Assembly: GCF_044704955.1 (NCBI RefSeq)
Contig: NC_091994.1
Location: 110,484,001 to 110,548,000, forward strand
DNA: 64,000 nucleotides
Direction of reading: 5' to 3'
From: Pristiophorus japonicus
Lineage: Eukaryota
The stretch's first letter is position 1, and each line of letters opens with the position of its first letter. Under the pieces are notes generated by a model. The model did not search any database. It saw nothing but the letters and a program-made list of their open reading frames with translations, and was not told where the DNA came from. Shown here one piece after another: positions 11,773 to 24,259 of the stretch. A program made the translations under genes and the position numbers.

Positions 11773-12233
11773 GAAAAGAAAGACTTGCATTTATATAGTG
11801 CCTTTCACGACCACTGGACGTCTCAAAGCGCTTTACAGCCAATGAAGTACTTTTGGAATGGAGTCACTGTTGTAATGTGGGAAATGCGGCAGCCAATTTG
11901 CGCACAGCAAGCTCCCACAAACAGCAATGTGATAATGACCAGATAATCTATTTTTTTTAGTGATGTTGATTGCGGGATAAATATTGGCCCCAGGACACCG
12001 GGGATAACTCCCCAGCTCTTCTTCAAAATAGTGCCATGGGATCTTTTACATCCACCTGAGAGCTCAGACGGGGCCTCGGTTTAACGTCTCATCCGAAAGA
12101 CGGCACCTCTGACAGTGCTGCACTCCCTCAGTACTGCACTGGAGTGTCAGCCTAGATTTGTGTGCTCAAGTCTCTGGAGTGGGAATTGAACTCACAACCT
12201 TCTGACTCAGAGGCAAGTGTGCTGCCCACTGAG
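11773..12233 (-). mobile_element. Deu-domain SINE, near full length
   Basis: tRNA-like head, Deu core and (TCTT)n tail in reverse complement. Confidence 0.85.
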
Positions 12234-12420
12234 ACATGGGTCTATACCCAAAATGTTAACCTTTTTCTGTCTGGTTTGCCATGGGACACTACGTACACTG
12301 CCTTCACAATATAATCTGGTGTTCAAAGGAGCCCTTTAAACTTCTCTTTGGATTAAGAACCACACACTAACATCCTATTTAGTCTCATCTTTAAAAACAT
12401 TCACCATTATAAAGTTTAGA

Positions 12421-12928
12421 ATCATCATCATAGGCAGTCCCTCGAAACAAGGATGACTTGCTTCCACGCCGAAAAGGGATAAGTTCACAGGTGTTTCAAT
12501 GAAATATTCCAGGTCCTGAACTACATGTTGAAGGGTGGAAGATGCCTGTGTGTGGATTTTTTTAACGTGTGGTGGCCGTGCACCATCGGGGCCATAAAAG
12601 GAGCGGCGCGCGGTGGCCATGGGCAGCATGGCGGTGTACCACGGCAAGGTACAGCGCGAGCTGGTGCAGGAGGGCGACAGCAGCGAAGAGCGACGTCATC
12701 AAGGTCCAGGTCGGTGATTGGAGCGTGGGCAGGTACAGCAGGAGCGGAGAGGTCTGGGGCGAAAGAGCGGCGAGAGATCGTAGAGGGACGTGATCGGGAC
12801 CCGGGAGAGGCGTCAGTTTGGGGCCAGAAGAGGCGAGGGCCCAGGGGCAGCACGGGCCCAGCCCACACTGCGATAGGTGTGCGCACTCGGTCCGTGCAGC
12901 AGAGCTGGTCTCCAGTCGTCCTGGGTAA
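12421..12928 (-). mobile_element. RTE-tailed GC-rich non-autonomous retroelement (SINE-like) with 5' inversion
   Basis: Shares the RTE 3' end (GTGGAAGCAAGTCATCC..GGGACTGCCTATGATGAT); related copies at 16069-16583 and 24951-25415. Confidence 0.7.
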
Positions 12929-13309
12929 GGCTTATAATCAGCAGGCTGCAGGCTCACATGCATTGAAAGTTCGGTTTGACAAGTAGAATGGGTGGAGGAT
13001 GGAAAGAAAATAAACTAACAACCATTACATTGAAATGGATTTAATAAAATATATATTTTTTGTAGCTGTAGGGGCGAAAGCGAAGCTACTTAAATAATGT
13101 GACTCTTGTGATTTCAAGAAATTTCAGCAGCCAGAGCTGCTGAATTCAAATTTCCAATAATTCAGTATTTTAGCACTAAATTCTCACATTGCTAGTTTTA
13201 TTGCTTCATTCAAATGATTGGATAATTCACATTCCTTTAGCAGACAAAATGCCTGAGTTATTAGTTAGTGACATACTCAGGATGTGAAGATTGGTGTTGT
13301 AGCACAGCC

Positions 13310-13857
13310 CAGGTAATCTCCGTTCCCTAACTGACTCAATCCCTCTCCCCACCTTCTGTCTGAGGCTGAATCAGACTGTTCGCAACCTTGGTGTCATAGT
13401 TGGCCCTGAAACTCACACCAAGTCCCGCTCACCCATTACCCCTGTGCTCGCTGACCTACACTGGCTTCCAATTAAGAATTCTCATTCTTATTTTCAAATC
13501 CCTCCATGGCCTTTCTATCTCTGTAATCTCCTCCAGCCCCACAACTTCCAAGATGTCTGCGCTCCTCTAATTCTGTCCTCCTGAGCATCCCTGATTGTAA
13601 TTGCTCCACCATTGGTGGCCGTGCCTTCTGTTGCCTGGGCCCCAAGCTCTGGAACTCCCTCCCTAAACCTCTCCGCCTCTTTCCTCCTTCAAGACGCTCC
13701 TTAAAACCTACCTCTTTGACCAAGCTTTTGGTCACCTGCGCTAATTTCTCCTTATGCGGCTCGGTGTCAAATTTTTATCGCATAATACTCCTGTGAAACA
13801 CCTTGGGACGTTTCACTACGTTAAAGGTGCTATATAAATACAAGTTGTTGTTGTTGT
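13310..13857 (+). mobile_element. L2 LINE 3' end
   Basis: Colinear with the 2075-2796 copy; (TTG)n tail. Confidence 0.85.
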
Positions 13858-13959
13858 AATCGACCTTCAACAATGGTAAAAATCCAGGCATTAGTCTCAC
13901 ACAGTGGGTCTGTGTGTAAACAGTGTTTAGATCTCTTTGATCGCATCAATAAGATACTG

Positions 13960-14595
13960 TGGGCTAGAATTTCCATTGCATCGCCGCCCGGTTTCTCGGC
14001 GTTATCGGTCGTTTTGGGCGAGAACCGACTCGGCGAAAATTTCCCCAGCTGAGTTCCGCCGGCGGTTTCGAGGTGCCGCTGGGGAGCCGGCGTGCACTGT
14101 CCATACACCGCCATCGCCCGATTTTTGGCTCAGCGGTGACCCGTAGGTAAGCTGAAAAAAAAAACTCCCACGAGAATCAGCGGAGCTGGGCGGTGGCTAA
14201 GTAGCCCTGCAAAACAAAGCTAAGTAAATGACCTTTTACTAATTATTTTAAAATACCCTTGCAGTGATTTGGTGAAAAGGTTCCCGAGAAAGTTTTTCTG
14301 ATTTTTTGTTTTACATTTTTTGAAAAAATATTTGTTGTGTTTTTCTCCTCCACGACCCAACCCGCAGCCTCGGTGTAAACTTTTAGTCATCATTGTCCTT
14401 TTTTTTTTACGAACTGCCCAATCGGCCCAAGATTCCATTTCCCGCCGAGAATCGGGCTGCAAGGTCCATCTTTTTCCGCTGGGCGGAATTCTTTCTTTTT
14501 TTCATGGAATTTTTCGCCGGCAATAATTTGAGAATCTGAGCGGTATTTTGGGCAGCAATCCACCGACGGTGGATTTTGGGGGAAATTCTAGCCCA
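13960..14595. mobile_element. Non-autonomous DNA transposon (PIF/Harbinger-like MITE)
   Basis: Perfect 15-bp TIR TGGGCTAGAATTTCC / GGAAATTCTAGCCCA; flanking CTG/TTG resembles a 3-bp TSD; CpG-rich interior. Confidence 0.8.
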
Positions 14596-15859
14596 TTGAA
14601 ATTGAATTTGATACCAATCACATAACCACCTGATTTCCCTTTTGACAGCTTTATTTTCAATCCACATAAAACACTGCCCAGGTCCAATTTCTAACCTTTC
14701 CGCTCTGCCTACAATGTTTATTTAAAAAGAATTTTTAAAAAATGTATCCGAGTGGGAAAAAAAATGAAAATTTATAATAAAAAAACACAAAAGGCCGATC
14801 TTGTTGAAGCTGCATTGGAGAGGGAGTACCAAAATGATCACGTATCGTGAGCTTTACAACTCACCAGTAAACCTGATATCTTTTGACTTATTGTCATGAA
14901 GCCCTGGGACTGGAACTATACAATTTCTCTATTTTGTTGGCCCTTAAGATTGTAAAAAAGATCCAATGTTCACAGTTGGTCTCCTGCATGGTTTATAGCT
15001 GCAGAACACTCAGAAATCACACAACTAAGAGGTTGCAGTGTTAGGCGTGCAGGTTGGGACTGCATAGTGGAGCAGGGAAGAGCGACTTTCGATTCGTAGT
15101 GCTGCAACTGATGTAAAGGCATCATGAAATGTACAGTGCAGAAATACTCTCACCCTGTAAACAATCGCGAAACAGCTACCTTGCTCCAAGGTTGTTAGAC
15201 CGCACCGACAATATCGTACTCAGTGCAAGAAACAGAAAGGACAATCTCATTCGTGACGATCTTATAAATTTCATACATGCACCGAAGATAGATGGCGACT
15301 AGTAAAAATATATAATTATCTTTGTCACATTCCAATTAAAAAATCCAATTAGCAGATCCTCGGAAAATTTCTCCTTGGAATCTGGAGGCAGCCAATCCCA
15401 CCGACCAAATTTAAAATGAAACTGACGATTTTCCGTTCCAAAGGAATGACAGAAAAATTAGCATTCAGAGATAAATAATTTAATTGAGCAATTTGAAACG
15501 CACCGTATGCAAGTAGACTGATTCCACTGAGACCAGTGCTAGAGAGTACTCTTACACAGGTCTACAAGAACCCTTAGAGATATGATCCACTGTGTGTTTA
15601 AGGAATGGATGCCGGGCTTGTACAAATAGTACGTCTGGTGCCGAGCACAGTACCTACCTGTCAAGTTATTTTCTCCTTGAAGGGCAAATTTTTAATCTGC
15701 CCGCTTGTCCAAAAACAATATATATTTGAAGGTTAAGTTGCATCCTTGCTGTTAATTTTTAGTTTCAAATTTCTAGTTATAATGAGTTATGACCTGTTCT
15801 TTATTCCCTGCAGTTTAATGGTGTAGTGGCCTTGTGGCCATTAAGACATGATGTTAACT

Positions 15860-17150
15860 TGGGCAGCAGTCGTGTGTTCAGAGGGACCTGGATGTCTTTA
15901 TACACCAATCACTGAAAGTTAACAGGCAGTATTGCAAGCAATTAAGAAAGCAAATGGTGCGTTGGCCTTTATTACAAGAGGATTTGAGTATAAGAATAAA
16001 AGGGGGCTGAAATTGCCCACTGCTGGAAACGGGGCACAGGCACCCAAGATATCTTACTGCATTTATATCATCATCATAGGCAGTCCCTCGAATCGAGGAT
16101 GACTTGCTTCCATTCCAAAAGGTTCAGAGGTGCTTCAATGAAGGACCTAATATTCCAGTCCCGAACTATATCTTGAAGATGCCTGTGCTTGGATTTTTTT
16201 TAATGTGTGGTGACCGTTGCACACCAGCCACCACACGGGCTTGACAGAGCTAGGTCTTGGTCCAGTGGCACGGGTTAACCAGGACTAACTGGAGACCAGC
16301 TCTGCTGCACGGACTTAGTACGCACACATATCGCAGTGTGGGCTGGTCCGTGCTGCCCCTGGGCCCTGAACTCGCGCCTCTCCTGGGCCAGGGAGTGGAA
16401 GGAGCAGCATGGCGGCATAACACTCCAGGGAGCAGCACGTGCTGGAGCAGGCGAGCGACGGCTGTGAAGAGGGCGACTTGGATTGGACATCACCAAGATC
16501 CAGGTCGCTGATTGAAGCATGGGCAGGTACAGCAGGAGCGGCGAGGTCAGGGCAAAGGAGCAGCGAGTGATCGTGGAGCGATGTGCATTGATATAGGACC
16601 CTGGTGAGACCATACCTGGAGTAGTGTGTACAGGTTTGGTCTCCTTACGTAAAGAAGGATATACTTGCCATAGAGGGAGTGCAATGAAGGTTTACCAGAC
16701 TAATTCCAAGGATGAGGGGGAGGGGATTGTCCTATGAGGAGAGATTGAGTAGACTAGGCCTATATTCTCCAGACCTTACAAGAATAAGAGGTGATCTCAT
16801 TGAAACATACAAAATTATTACAGGGCTTGACAGGGTAGATGCAGGGTGGGGAGTCTAGAACCAGTGGGTCACAGTCTCAGAATAAGGGGTCGACCATTTA
16901 AGACTGAGATGAGGAGATATTTTTTCACTCAGAGGGTGATGAATCTTTGGAATTCTCTATCCCAGAGTCTTTGAGTATATTCAAGACAGAGATCGAAATA
17001 TTTTTGGATATTAAGGGAATCAAGGGATATGGGGACAGTGCAGGAAAGTGGAGTTGAGGTAGAAGATCAGCCACGATCTCATTGAATGGCGGAGCAGGCT
17101 CGAGGGGCCGAATGGCTGACTCCTGCTCCTAATTCTGATGTTCTTATGAG
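15860..17150 (+). mobile_element. CR1 LINE 3' region with nested insertions
   Basis: GCAAATGG..TTGGCCTTTATTACAAGAGGATTTGAG through to the CR1 tail; interrupted at 16002-16045 and 16069-16583. Confidence 0.8.
16069..16583 (-). mobile_element. RTE-tailed SINE-like element with 5' inversion
   Basis: (TGA)n tail; TSD TGCATT(T/G)ATAT at 16058-16068 and 16584-16594. Confidence 0.75.
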
Positions 17151-17196
17151 CGAATTTGACAAAGCATCCTGATCTGAGTAACGCGAGACCTGGAAG

Positions 17197-17730
17197 ATTT
17201 TGTCTCCGTATTTAAGGAAGGATATACTTGCATTGGAGGCTGTTCAGAGAAGGTTCACTAGGTTGATTCTGGAGATGTGGGGGTTGACTTATGAGGATAG
17301 GTTGAGTTGGTTGGACCTATACACATTGGAGTTCAGAAGAATAAGAGGTGATCTATTGAAACTTTTAAGATAATGAGGGGGCTTGACAAGGTGGATGCAG
17401 AGAGGATATTTCCACTCATAGGAGAAATTAAAACTAGGGGACATAGTCTTAGAATAAGGGGTCGCCCATTTAAAACTGAGATGAGGAGAAATTTCTTCTC
17501 TCAGGGGGTTGTAAATCTGTGGAATTCTCTGCCCCAGAGAGCTGCGGAGGCTGGGTCATTGAATATATTTAAGGCAGAGACAGACAGATTTTTGAGCGAT
17601 AAGGGAGTAATGGGGAGCGGGCAGGGAAGTGGACCTGAGTCCATGACCAAATCAGCCACGATCTTATTGAATGGCGGAGCAGACTCGAGGGGCCGAATGG
17701 CCGGCTCCTGCTCCTATTTCTTACATTGTT
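17197..17730 (+). mobile_element. CR1 LINE 3' end
   Basis: ORF 17373-17798 with CR1 C-terminal motifs. Confidence 0.9.
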
Positions 17731-18804
17731 ATTATTTGAACTTAAATTCCAGGTTTTTGCCTCGACTACCCTACCCCGAAACGCATTTCATGTGTTGATC
17801 ACTCTTCTGTGAGGAACTTCCTGACAGCGGTCCCAACCTTGCCCTACTGTCACAAGGAACCATACCCCAGCGGACAGAAGTCACCACCTTCACGGGAAAA
17901 TGAGAGAAAAAGTTTTGGGGAAACTGCTTGCTAATAACCTTAAGTAGTAGACTTTCTCTGGAACATTTCCAACTTTTCATCTGCAAATCTAATCATGTTA
18001 AAATGTCAAAGCACTCTATTGTCCCCTTTATAGCTCTAAATTTAACTCATTAGACAATTTCTAATAACTTATTAAAACAACATTAACAGCTGTGCTCTTA
18101 TAATTACAGTGGATACTTCACATTTTGTTGGTGTGTCAATATTTCAAAAGAGATTAGCATCGTGGAAAGCATTTTGTGTAATAATGTTGTACTTTTTGTT
18201 GCAGTAATAGCAAATGATTTCCATTCTAAAAGAAATGGCTATTCAGATCGCTCATCTTACGTTTTTATTAATTAGGTTTAATTTACAAGTAATTAAATGT
18301 GGTTGGTCTTTAAAATAGTGGTTAATGTCAACTTGCAGCTGCATCATGGGCTTATTAAGAACCTTTTAAAAACAGCTTTTAAAATACAGAGATTTACATG
18401 GAATACAAAGTCCTTGATTATAGATAATTACAATTTTCCTCTCTTGGCAAATTCGGCTGTTAACCCTTCAAGCTCTGGCGACTCGTGTCATAACCCAGAC
18501 TGACAATAATCTGTACATTTATACGCCGAGTCTTCAAGTGAAAGTGTACTCAAATAACGAGTCCAGTTACATCTCCCAGTCCAAACTGCACCAATACCCT
18601 TCCTTCATATATTAGTATGGATCCAGCGATTTTGGGTCAGGCGAACGCAATTTTTCATTAACTTTAATAAAAGTTGACTCTTAGCTACTGGCAAAACTTT
18701 ACTCAGAATTATTTGCATAAAAATTTGGCTTCTTACTGTTTTATATGAGTCTGATTATTCCTATTATTGACAAATGAACATTTTGGTAAGAAAAATAGGG
18801 GGGG

Positions 18805-19530
18805 GTCACATATTACTTGGAAAATAAGAATCTAAATGGGGTAGAGGAGCAAAGGGATCTCTGAGCACACATACATAATCACTAAAGGTAGCGACACAGG
18901 TTAGCAAGGCCATAAACAAAGCAAACCAAGCACTAGGGTTTATTTCTAGAGGGATAGAATTGAAAGTTGAAGTTATACTAAACCTGTATCGAACCTTGGT
19001 TAGACCACACTTGGGAGTACTGTGTACAGTTCTGGTCGCCATATTATAAAAAGGATATTGAGGCACTGGAGAGGGTGCAGAGAAGATTTGCAAGGATGAT
19101 ACCAGAAATGCGAGGGTATGCATATCAGGAAAGGATGAACAGGCTGGGTCAGACAGCTGAGGGGTGACCTAGTAGAGGTCTTTAAAATGATGAAAGGTTT
19201 TGCTAAGAGTAGATACAAAGAGAATATTTCCACATTTTTGGGAGGAGCATAACTAGATGCCATCAATATGACAGTCACCAAGAAATCCAATAGGGAATTC
19301 AGAAGAAACTTATTTACCCAGAGAGTGGTGAGAATGTGGAACTCGCTGCCAGAGGGAATAGTATCGATGCATTTAAGGGGTGGTTAGATAAGCATATGAG
19401 AGAGAAGGGAATCGAGGGTTATGTTGAGAGGGTTAGATGGGGAAAGACGGGAGGAGGCTCGAGTGGAGCATAAGCACTGGCATGGCCTGATTGGGCCGAA
19501 TGGCCTGTTTCTGTACTGTATATCCGATGT
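18805..19530 (+). mobile_element. CR1 LINE 3' end, degraded
   Basis: GTTAGACCACACTTGG..GTACTGTGTACAGTTCTGG (RPHLEYCVQFW-like) and 3' UTR. Confidence 0.8.
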
Positions 19531-19679
19531 AATCCGATGTAAATGGGGATAATACAATCAAAAAAAAGTGACTGAAATCAAAAAAAAAATTGTTCTTGGG
19601 AAAAGGAAGAATACTGCACCAATTAGGTTGCTGGAGAAAACAGAACAAAAGTACATAGAATTTCTACTTTGATTCACAA

Positions 19680-20208
19680 GTGTGCACAGTTCTGGTTTCC
19701 TTATCTGAGGAAGGATATACTTGCCTTACAGGTGGTGCAACAAAGTTTCACTAGATTGATTCCTGGGATGAGAGGGCTGTCCTATGAGGAGAGATTGAGT
19801 ATAATGAGCCAAAACACTCTGGAAGTTAGAAGAATGAGAGGTGAAACATATAAGCTACTGAGTGGTATTGACAGGGTAGATGCTGAGAGGTTGTTTCCCC
19901 TGGCTGGAGAGTCTGGAACTAGGGAGTCATGGTCTCAGGATAAGGGGTCGACCATTTAAGACTAAGATGAGGAGGAATTTCTTCATTCAGAGGGTTGTGA
20001 ATCTTTGGATCTCTCTATCCCAGAGGGCTGTGGATACTCAGCCATTGTGTATATTCGAGGCTGAGAACGATAGATTTTTGGACTCCAGGGGAAATCAAGG
20101 GATATGGGGATCGGGCGGGAAAGTGGAGTTGAGGTCGAAGATCAGCCATGATATTGAATGGCAGAGCAGGCTCGAGGGGCCTACTCCTGCTCCTAATTCT
20201 TATGTTCT
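19680..20208 (+). mobile_element. CR1 LINE 3' end
   Basis: ORFs 19669-19959 and 19880-20212 with CR1 motifs. Confidence 0.85.
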
Positions 20209-20367
20209 TTAAGGTGTTGAGGAAAGAACATGGGTGCCATATTGTGTTATACAACAGCACTTCAGAAGTAATTCATTGGTTGTGAAATACAAATCCATTT
20301 TATGACATCACATCTGCAAACCTTCAAAAAGAAACTTTAAAAAAAAACTTAGAAAATTAACAAGTAC

Positions 20368-20373
20368 TTTATT
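20368..20373 (-). terminator. Candidate DFFA polyadenylation signal (AATAAA)
   Basis: AATAAA on minus followed by a U-rich tract; would imply a ~2.2 kb 3' UTR. Confidence 0.4.
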
Positions 20374-21384
20374 TGAAATACAAAAGAAGCAGCCACATAC
20401 AATGTGATCAATTAAAGCTTAGCTACACCAATCCAGGCACAGCTTTAATACAAAGTTCTATAAATCAGAATCAGATATATTCTTAATTGCCTACAGCACT
20501 TCAAGTTATGCATTGTATGTAAAGTGATAAAAGCATGGATAAATTTTAGACTTGATTTCAGAATACAACCATTAGTCAGACCCTTTACATGGCTACATAT
20601 GACGTTCCATATTCACTCATTGCCTCAACCTTGGCTCAAGATAGAGGAGAAATTATGCTGACCAGTAAATGAGACATAAGGAATGACAGCCAAGTACATC
20701 GATGCTTGGTTGTATCATGCAATACTACCTCATCGGTACCATTTCAAGCAGGATTAGTCGACAGTTTGGGACTGCTTATACAGATATGATTACCCTCCAG
20801 TTTTGGGACTATCGCCCGTAAAAGACTTTAGCCCATCAGTTCAGGCTGCATTCAACCCCCTGTTAAGGTGAACAACATACGCTTATGTTTGAGTTTCTCT
20901 CCCACTACAAGGGAATGATCTAAACTACAAGCAAACTGGCCAACAGCTATAGGGTAATCACACGTAGGCTGTTGATGTTTTCGCATCTCAGTGCGGAGAA
21001 TAGTGCGCAGTGGAAGAATTCGCCGGATGATTTAACAGTCTGACAGGAATGCCCCTTCCATGGTCATGACCATCTTTATACCAGCCGATGGATAGGGTGG
21101 TCAGTCCTATATGGTGGGAGGGTTTTATGGGATCCCACATCGCAAACAATGGATCTTCTTCCACCAGACACAAATGGGTGAAAGAATATTTTTTGAACTG
21201 GCTCTAAAAGCTTCTATTTAGACAAGGATCTCTGTATAACAAATACATTAAGCAAATAGGCATTATTCAATGTTTCGTGCACAATTTTTCCTCATCCAGA
21301 TTTGCTGAGAGGAGATGCATTATTTCCACCTTGAAAAAAGTTCTGCTCTTCCCTCAGACAGGATTTCTGGTTCTCTTTTACCTT

Positions 21385-21645
21385 GTTCATCATCTTTGCT
21401 TTGTGTTTCCTTGCTCATGCTTGCCCGATCACAGACCTTCCCTTTTGTTCTTTCTTCCCCTCCCCCCTTTCAGTGGTCCTTAAGAATGTTCTTTTCGAAC
21501 ATTCGCTAGATCTGACGAAGCGTCATCGACCTGAAACGTTAACGCTTGTGTGTCTCTCTCTCCACAGAGGCTGCCTGACCTGCTGAGGTTTCCAGCATTT
21601 CTGTTTTTATTTCAGATTCCAGCATCCGCAGTATTTTGCTTTTGC
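21385..21645 (+). mobile_element. Penelope-like element terminal remnant containing a minimal hammerhead ribozyme core (21512-21543)
   Basis: CTGACGA-AG(C)GTC-ATC-GACCT-GAAACGTT-AAC followed by GCTGCCTGACCTGCTGAG..TTCCAGCATTTTCTGTTTTTATT. Confidence 0.7.
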
Positions 21646-21829
21646 ATTATTTCTCCGTGGGTAGCTAGCTCATCCATTGGCATAAACCAAATAAATTTGT
21701 TGAAGTTGTGCTATTGAGTGACAGGATCCGAGTATCTCAAACATAAGCATGTTGTTCACCTGAACAGGGGTTTGAATACAGTCTGAATTATTGGGCTAAA
21801 GTCTTCTTTCCCTGTGGCCACAACTGTTC

Positions 21830-22260
21830 CCTCTTTGACCAAGCTTTTGGTCATCTGCCCTAATTTCTCCTGATGTGGCTCGGTGTCAAATATTTTGTTT
21901 TGTAACACTCCTGTGAAGTGTCTTGGGATGTTTTACTAGGTTAAAAAGACTTGCATTTATATAGCGCCTTTCATGACCGTCGGACGTTCCAAAGTGCTTT
22001 GCAGCCAATTATGTATTTTTGGACTGCAGTCACTGTCGTAATGTGGGAAACACGGCAGCCAATTGGCGCACAGCAAGCTCCCACAGACAGCAATGTGACA
22101 ATGACCAGATAATCTGGTTTTAATTGAGGGGTAAATATTGGCCAGGACACCGGAGATAACTCCCCCGCTCTTAGTGCCATGGGATCTTTTACGTCCACTT
22201 GAGAGCAGTCGGGGCCTCGGTTTAACGTTAAAGGCGCTATATAAATACAAGTTGTTGTTA
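21830..22260. mobile_element. L2 3' tail (+) split by a minus-strand Deu-SINE (~21945-22226)
   Basis: L2 tail breaks at GTTAAA and resumes at CGTTAAAGGCGCTATATAAATACAAG. Confidence 0.7.
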
Positions 22261-22613
22261 TGTGTAAAATTCAAAAACTTAGCTCACAATGGAGGCAGAT
22301 CCACAACAGCACATGGGAAGTGGAGTTTAACGTTCACACCATGTAGCAGGCAGTGATCAGAAGTCAGAATCAAAGTGTATTGATGAGGCACTGTGTGCAT
22401 CTGTTTTATGCTATACTTAATCTGAGTGTGCTCGATACAGACAAGTGCTACAAGTAGAAAGCGTTTCCCTTCTCTCTCCACCCCCCTCCCTTCCGCCAAT
22501 GTTTGATTATTTTTAATTGCTTTTGTTGCCAGAGTTGAGCGACTAGAGTCCAGATTTAGCACTCTGTGACAAGTTGCAAACCCAAGTTTGGCCATGCTTG
22601 CTGCACCAGTGTA

Positions 22614-22781
22614 TCACAGTTTCCTTTTCTTTGTCGAATGTTTGTTCAGTTGGTCCAGGCTCTTCACTTTGGACGAGCGTCTGTTAAACTCCTTCCGACA
22701 GTCTTCTTGCAGATCCTTTATCTTCTTCATGGAACAACGTAAAGCAGATACTAAAGACTCTTCACTCTCATCGAGAACTTC
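22614..22781 (-). CDS. DFFA: DNA fragmentation factor alpha (ICAD/DFF45), exon 6 (EVLDESEES...HSTKKRKL*)
   Basis: Acceptor ttattcag, phase 0; helical DFF-C region; C-terminal basic NLS-like KKRKL; TGA at 22614-22616. Confidence 0.88.
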   Translation of the reverse strand, partial: EVLDESEESLVSALRCSMKKIKDLQEDCRKEFNRRSSKVKSLDQLNKHSTKKRKL

Positions 22782-22828
22782 CTGAATAAGTAGTCGTATT
22801 CATTGAGTCCAGCAATTAACAGCACTTA

Positions 22829-23630
22829 ACATAGAAACATAGAAAATAGGTGCAGGAGTAGGCCATTCGGCCCTTCGAGCCTGCACCGCCATACAATGAG
22901 TTCATGGCTGAACATGCAACTTTAGTACCCCATTCCTGCTTTCTCACCATACCCCTTGATCCTCCTAGTAGTAAGCACTACATCTAACTCCTTTTTGAAT
23001 ATATTTAGTGAATTGGCCTCAACAACTTTCTGTGGTAGAGAATTCCACAGGTTCACCACTCTCTGGGTGAAGAAGTTTCTCCTAATCTCGGTCCTAAATG
23101 GCTTACCCCTTATCCTTAGACTGTGACCCCTGGTTCTGGGCTTCCCCAACATTGGGAACATTCTTCCTGCATCTAACCTGTCTAAACCCATCAGAATTTT
23201 AAACGTTTCTATGAGATCCCCTCTCATTCTTCTGAACTCCAGTGAATACAAGCCCAGTTGATCCAGTCTTTCTTGATATGTACGTCCCGCCATCCCAGGA
23301 ATCAGTCTGGTGAACCTTCGCTGCACTCCCTCAATAGCAAGAATGTCCTTCCTCAAGTTAGGAGACCAAAACTGTACACAATACTCCAGATGTGGCCTCA
23401 CCAAGGCCCTGTACAACTGTAGTAACACCTCCCTGCCCCTGTACTCAAATCCCCTCGCTATGAAGGCCAACATGCCATTTGCTTTCTTAACCGCCTGCTG
23501 TACCTGCATGCCAACCTTCAATGACTGATGTACCATGACACCCAGGTCTCCTTGCACCTCCCCTTTTCCTAATCTGTCACCATTCAGATAATAGTCTGTC
23601 TCTCTGTTTTTACTACCAAAGTGGATAACT
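22829..23630 (-). mobile_element. CR1 LINE 3' end (young; intact 237-aa ORF2 tail)
   Basis: ORF 22922-23635 RPHLEYCVQFWSP...RRMRGDLIE...LWNSLP. Confidence 0.93.
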
Positions 23631-24259
23631 TGCACCTAAATTTTAAAAAACCTAAACTGTCACTGTTTAGATTAACTAATAAAGCTCAATGTAAAACTGG
23701 GACTTGGTAGGATATTAAAGTTACTGCCGGAATTTTTTTTATTGGCAACTTTGCTCTATATTTTGGTCAAGCCTTTGGTCACCTGCCCTTATCTGTCAAA
23801 ATTTTGTGTGTGTCTTATAACACTCCTGTGAAGCGCCTTGGGACATTTTACTACGTTAAAGGCACTATATAAATGAAATTTGTTATTATATGGAAGGGAG
23901 GCAACACTTCATTACCACCTCATGACCTTTGTTCGCAATTCTGGGTTCCTTACTCTGGACATCTCCCAGCCCCTGATTTCCACTTACCCCCTCGCTGCCC
24001 AGTAGGAAGAAGGGCAGGGTAACTTTCCTCACCAATTAGGGAATCGTAGAACCTTACAACACAGAAAGAGGCCATTTAGCCTGATGTGCCCTTGCCAACT
24101 CTGTGAAAAAGCTGTTCAATTTATAGTCCCACACCCCAGCTTTTCCTCCCAAAGACAAAGGAAATGCGTAAAAACGGTGATGAGAAAATGAAAAAGATGT
24201 CCATGAGCAATGCCAAAGGGTAATAGACTGGCATAAATGAGTAAGATGATTCAAGAACT

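Noticed and set aside
14700-15720. Non-repetitive stretch with some CpGs that might be old coding sequence
   Set aside because: No sustained frame or motif found in the frames inspected
22614-22625. DFFA ends in RKL, resembling a PTS1 signal, next to PEX14
   Set aside because: Arg at -3 does not fit the [SAC]-[KRH]-[LM] consensus; KKRKL is better explained as the known C-terminal NLS
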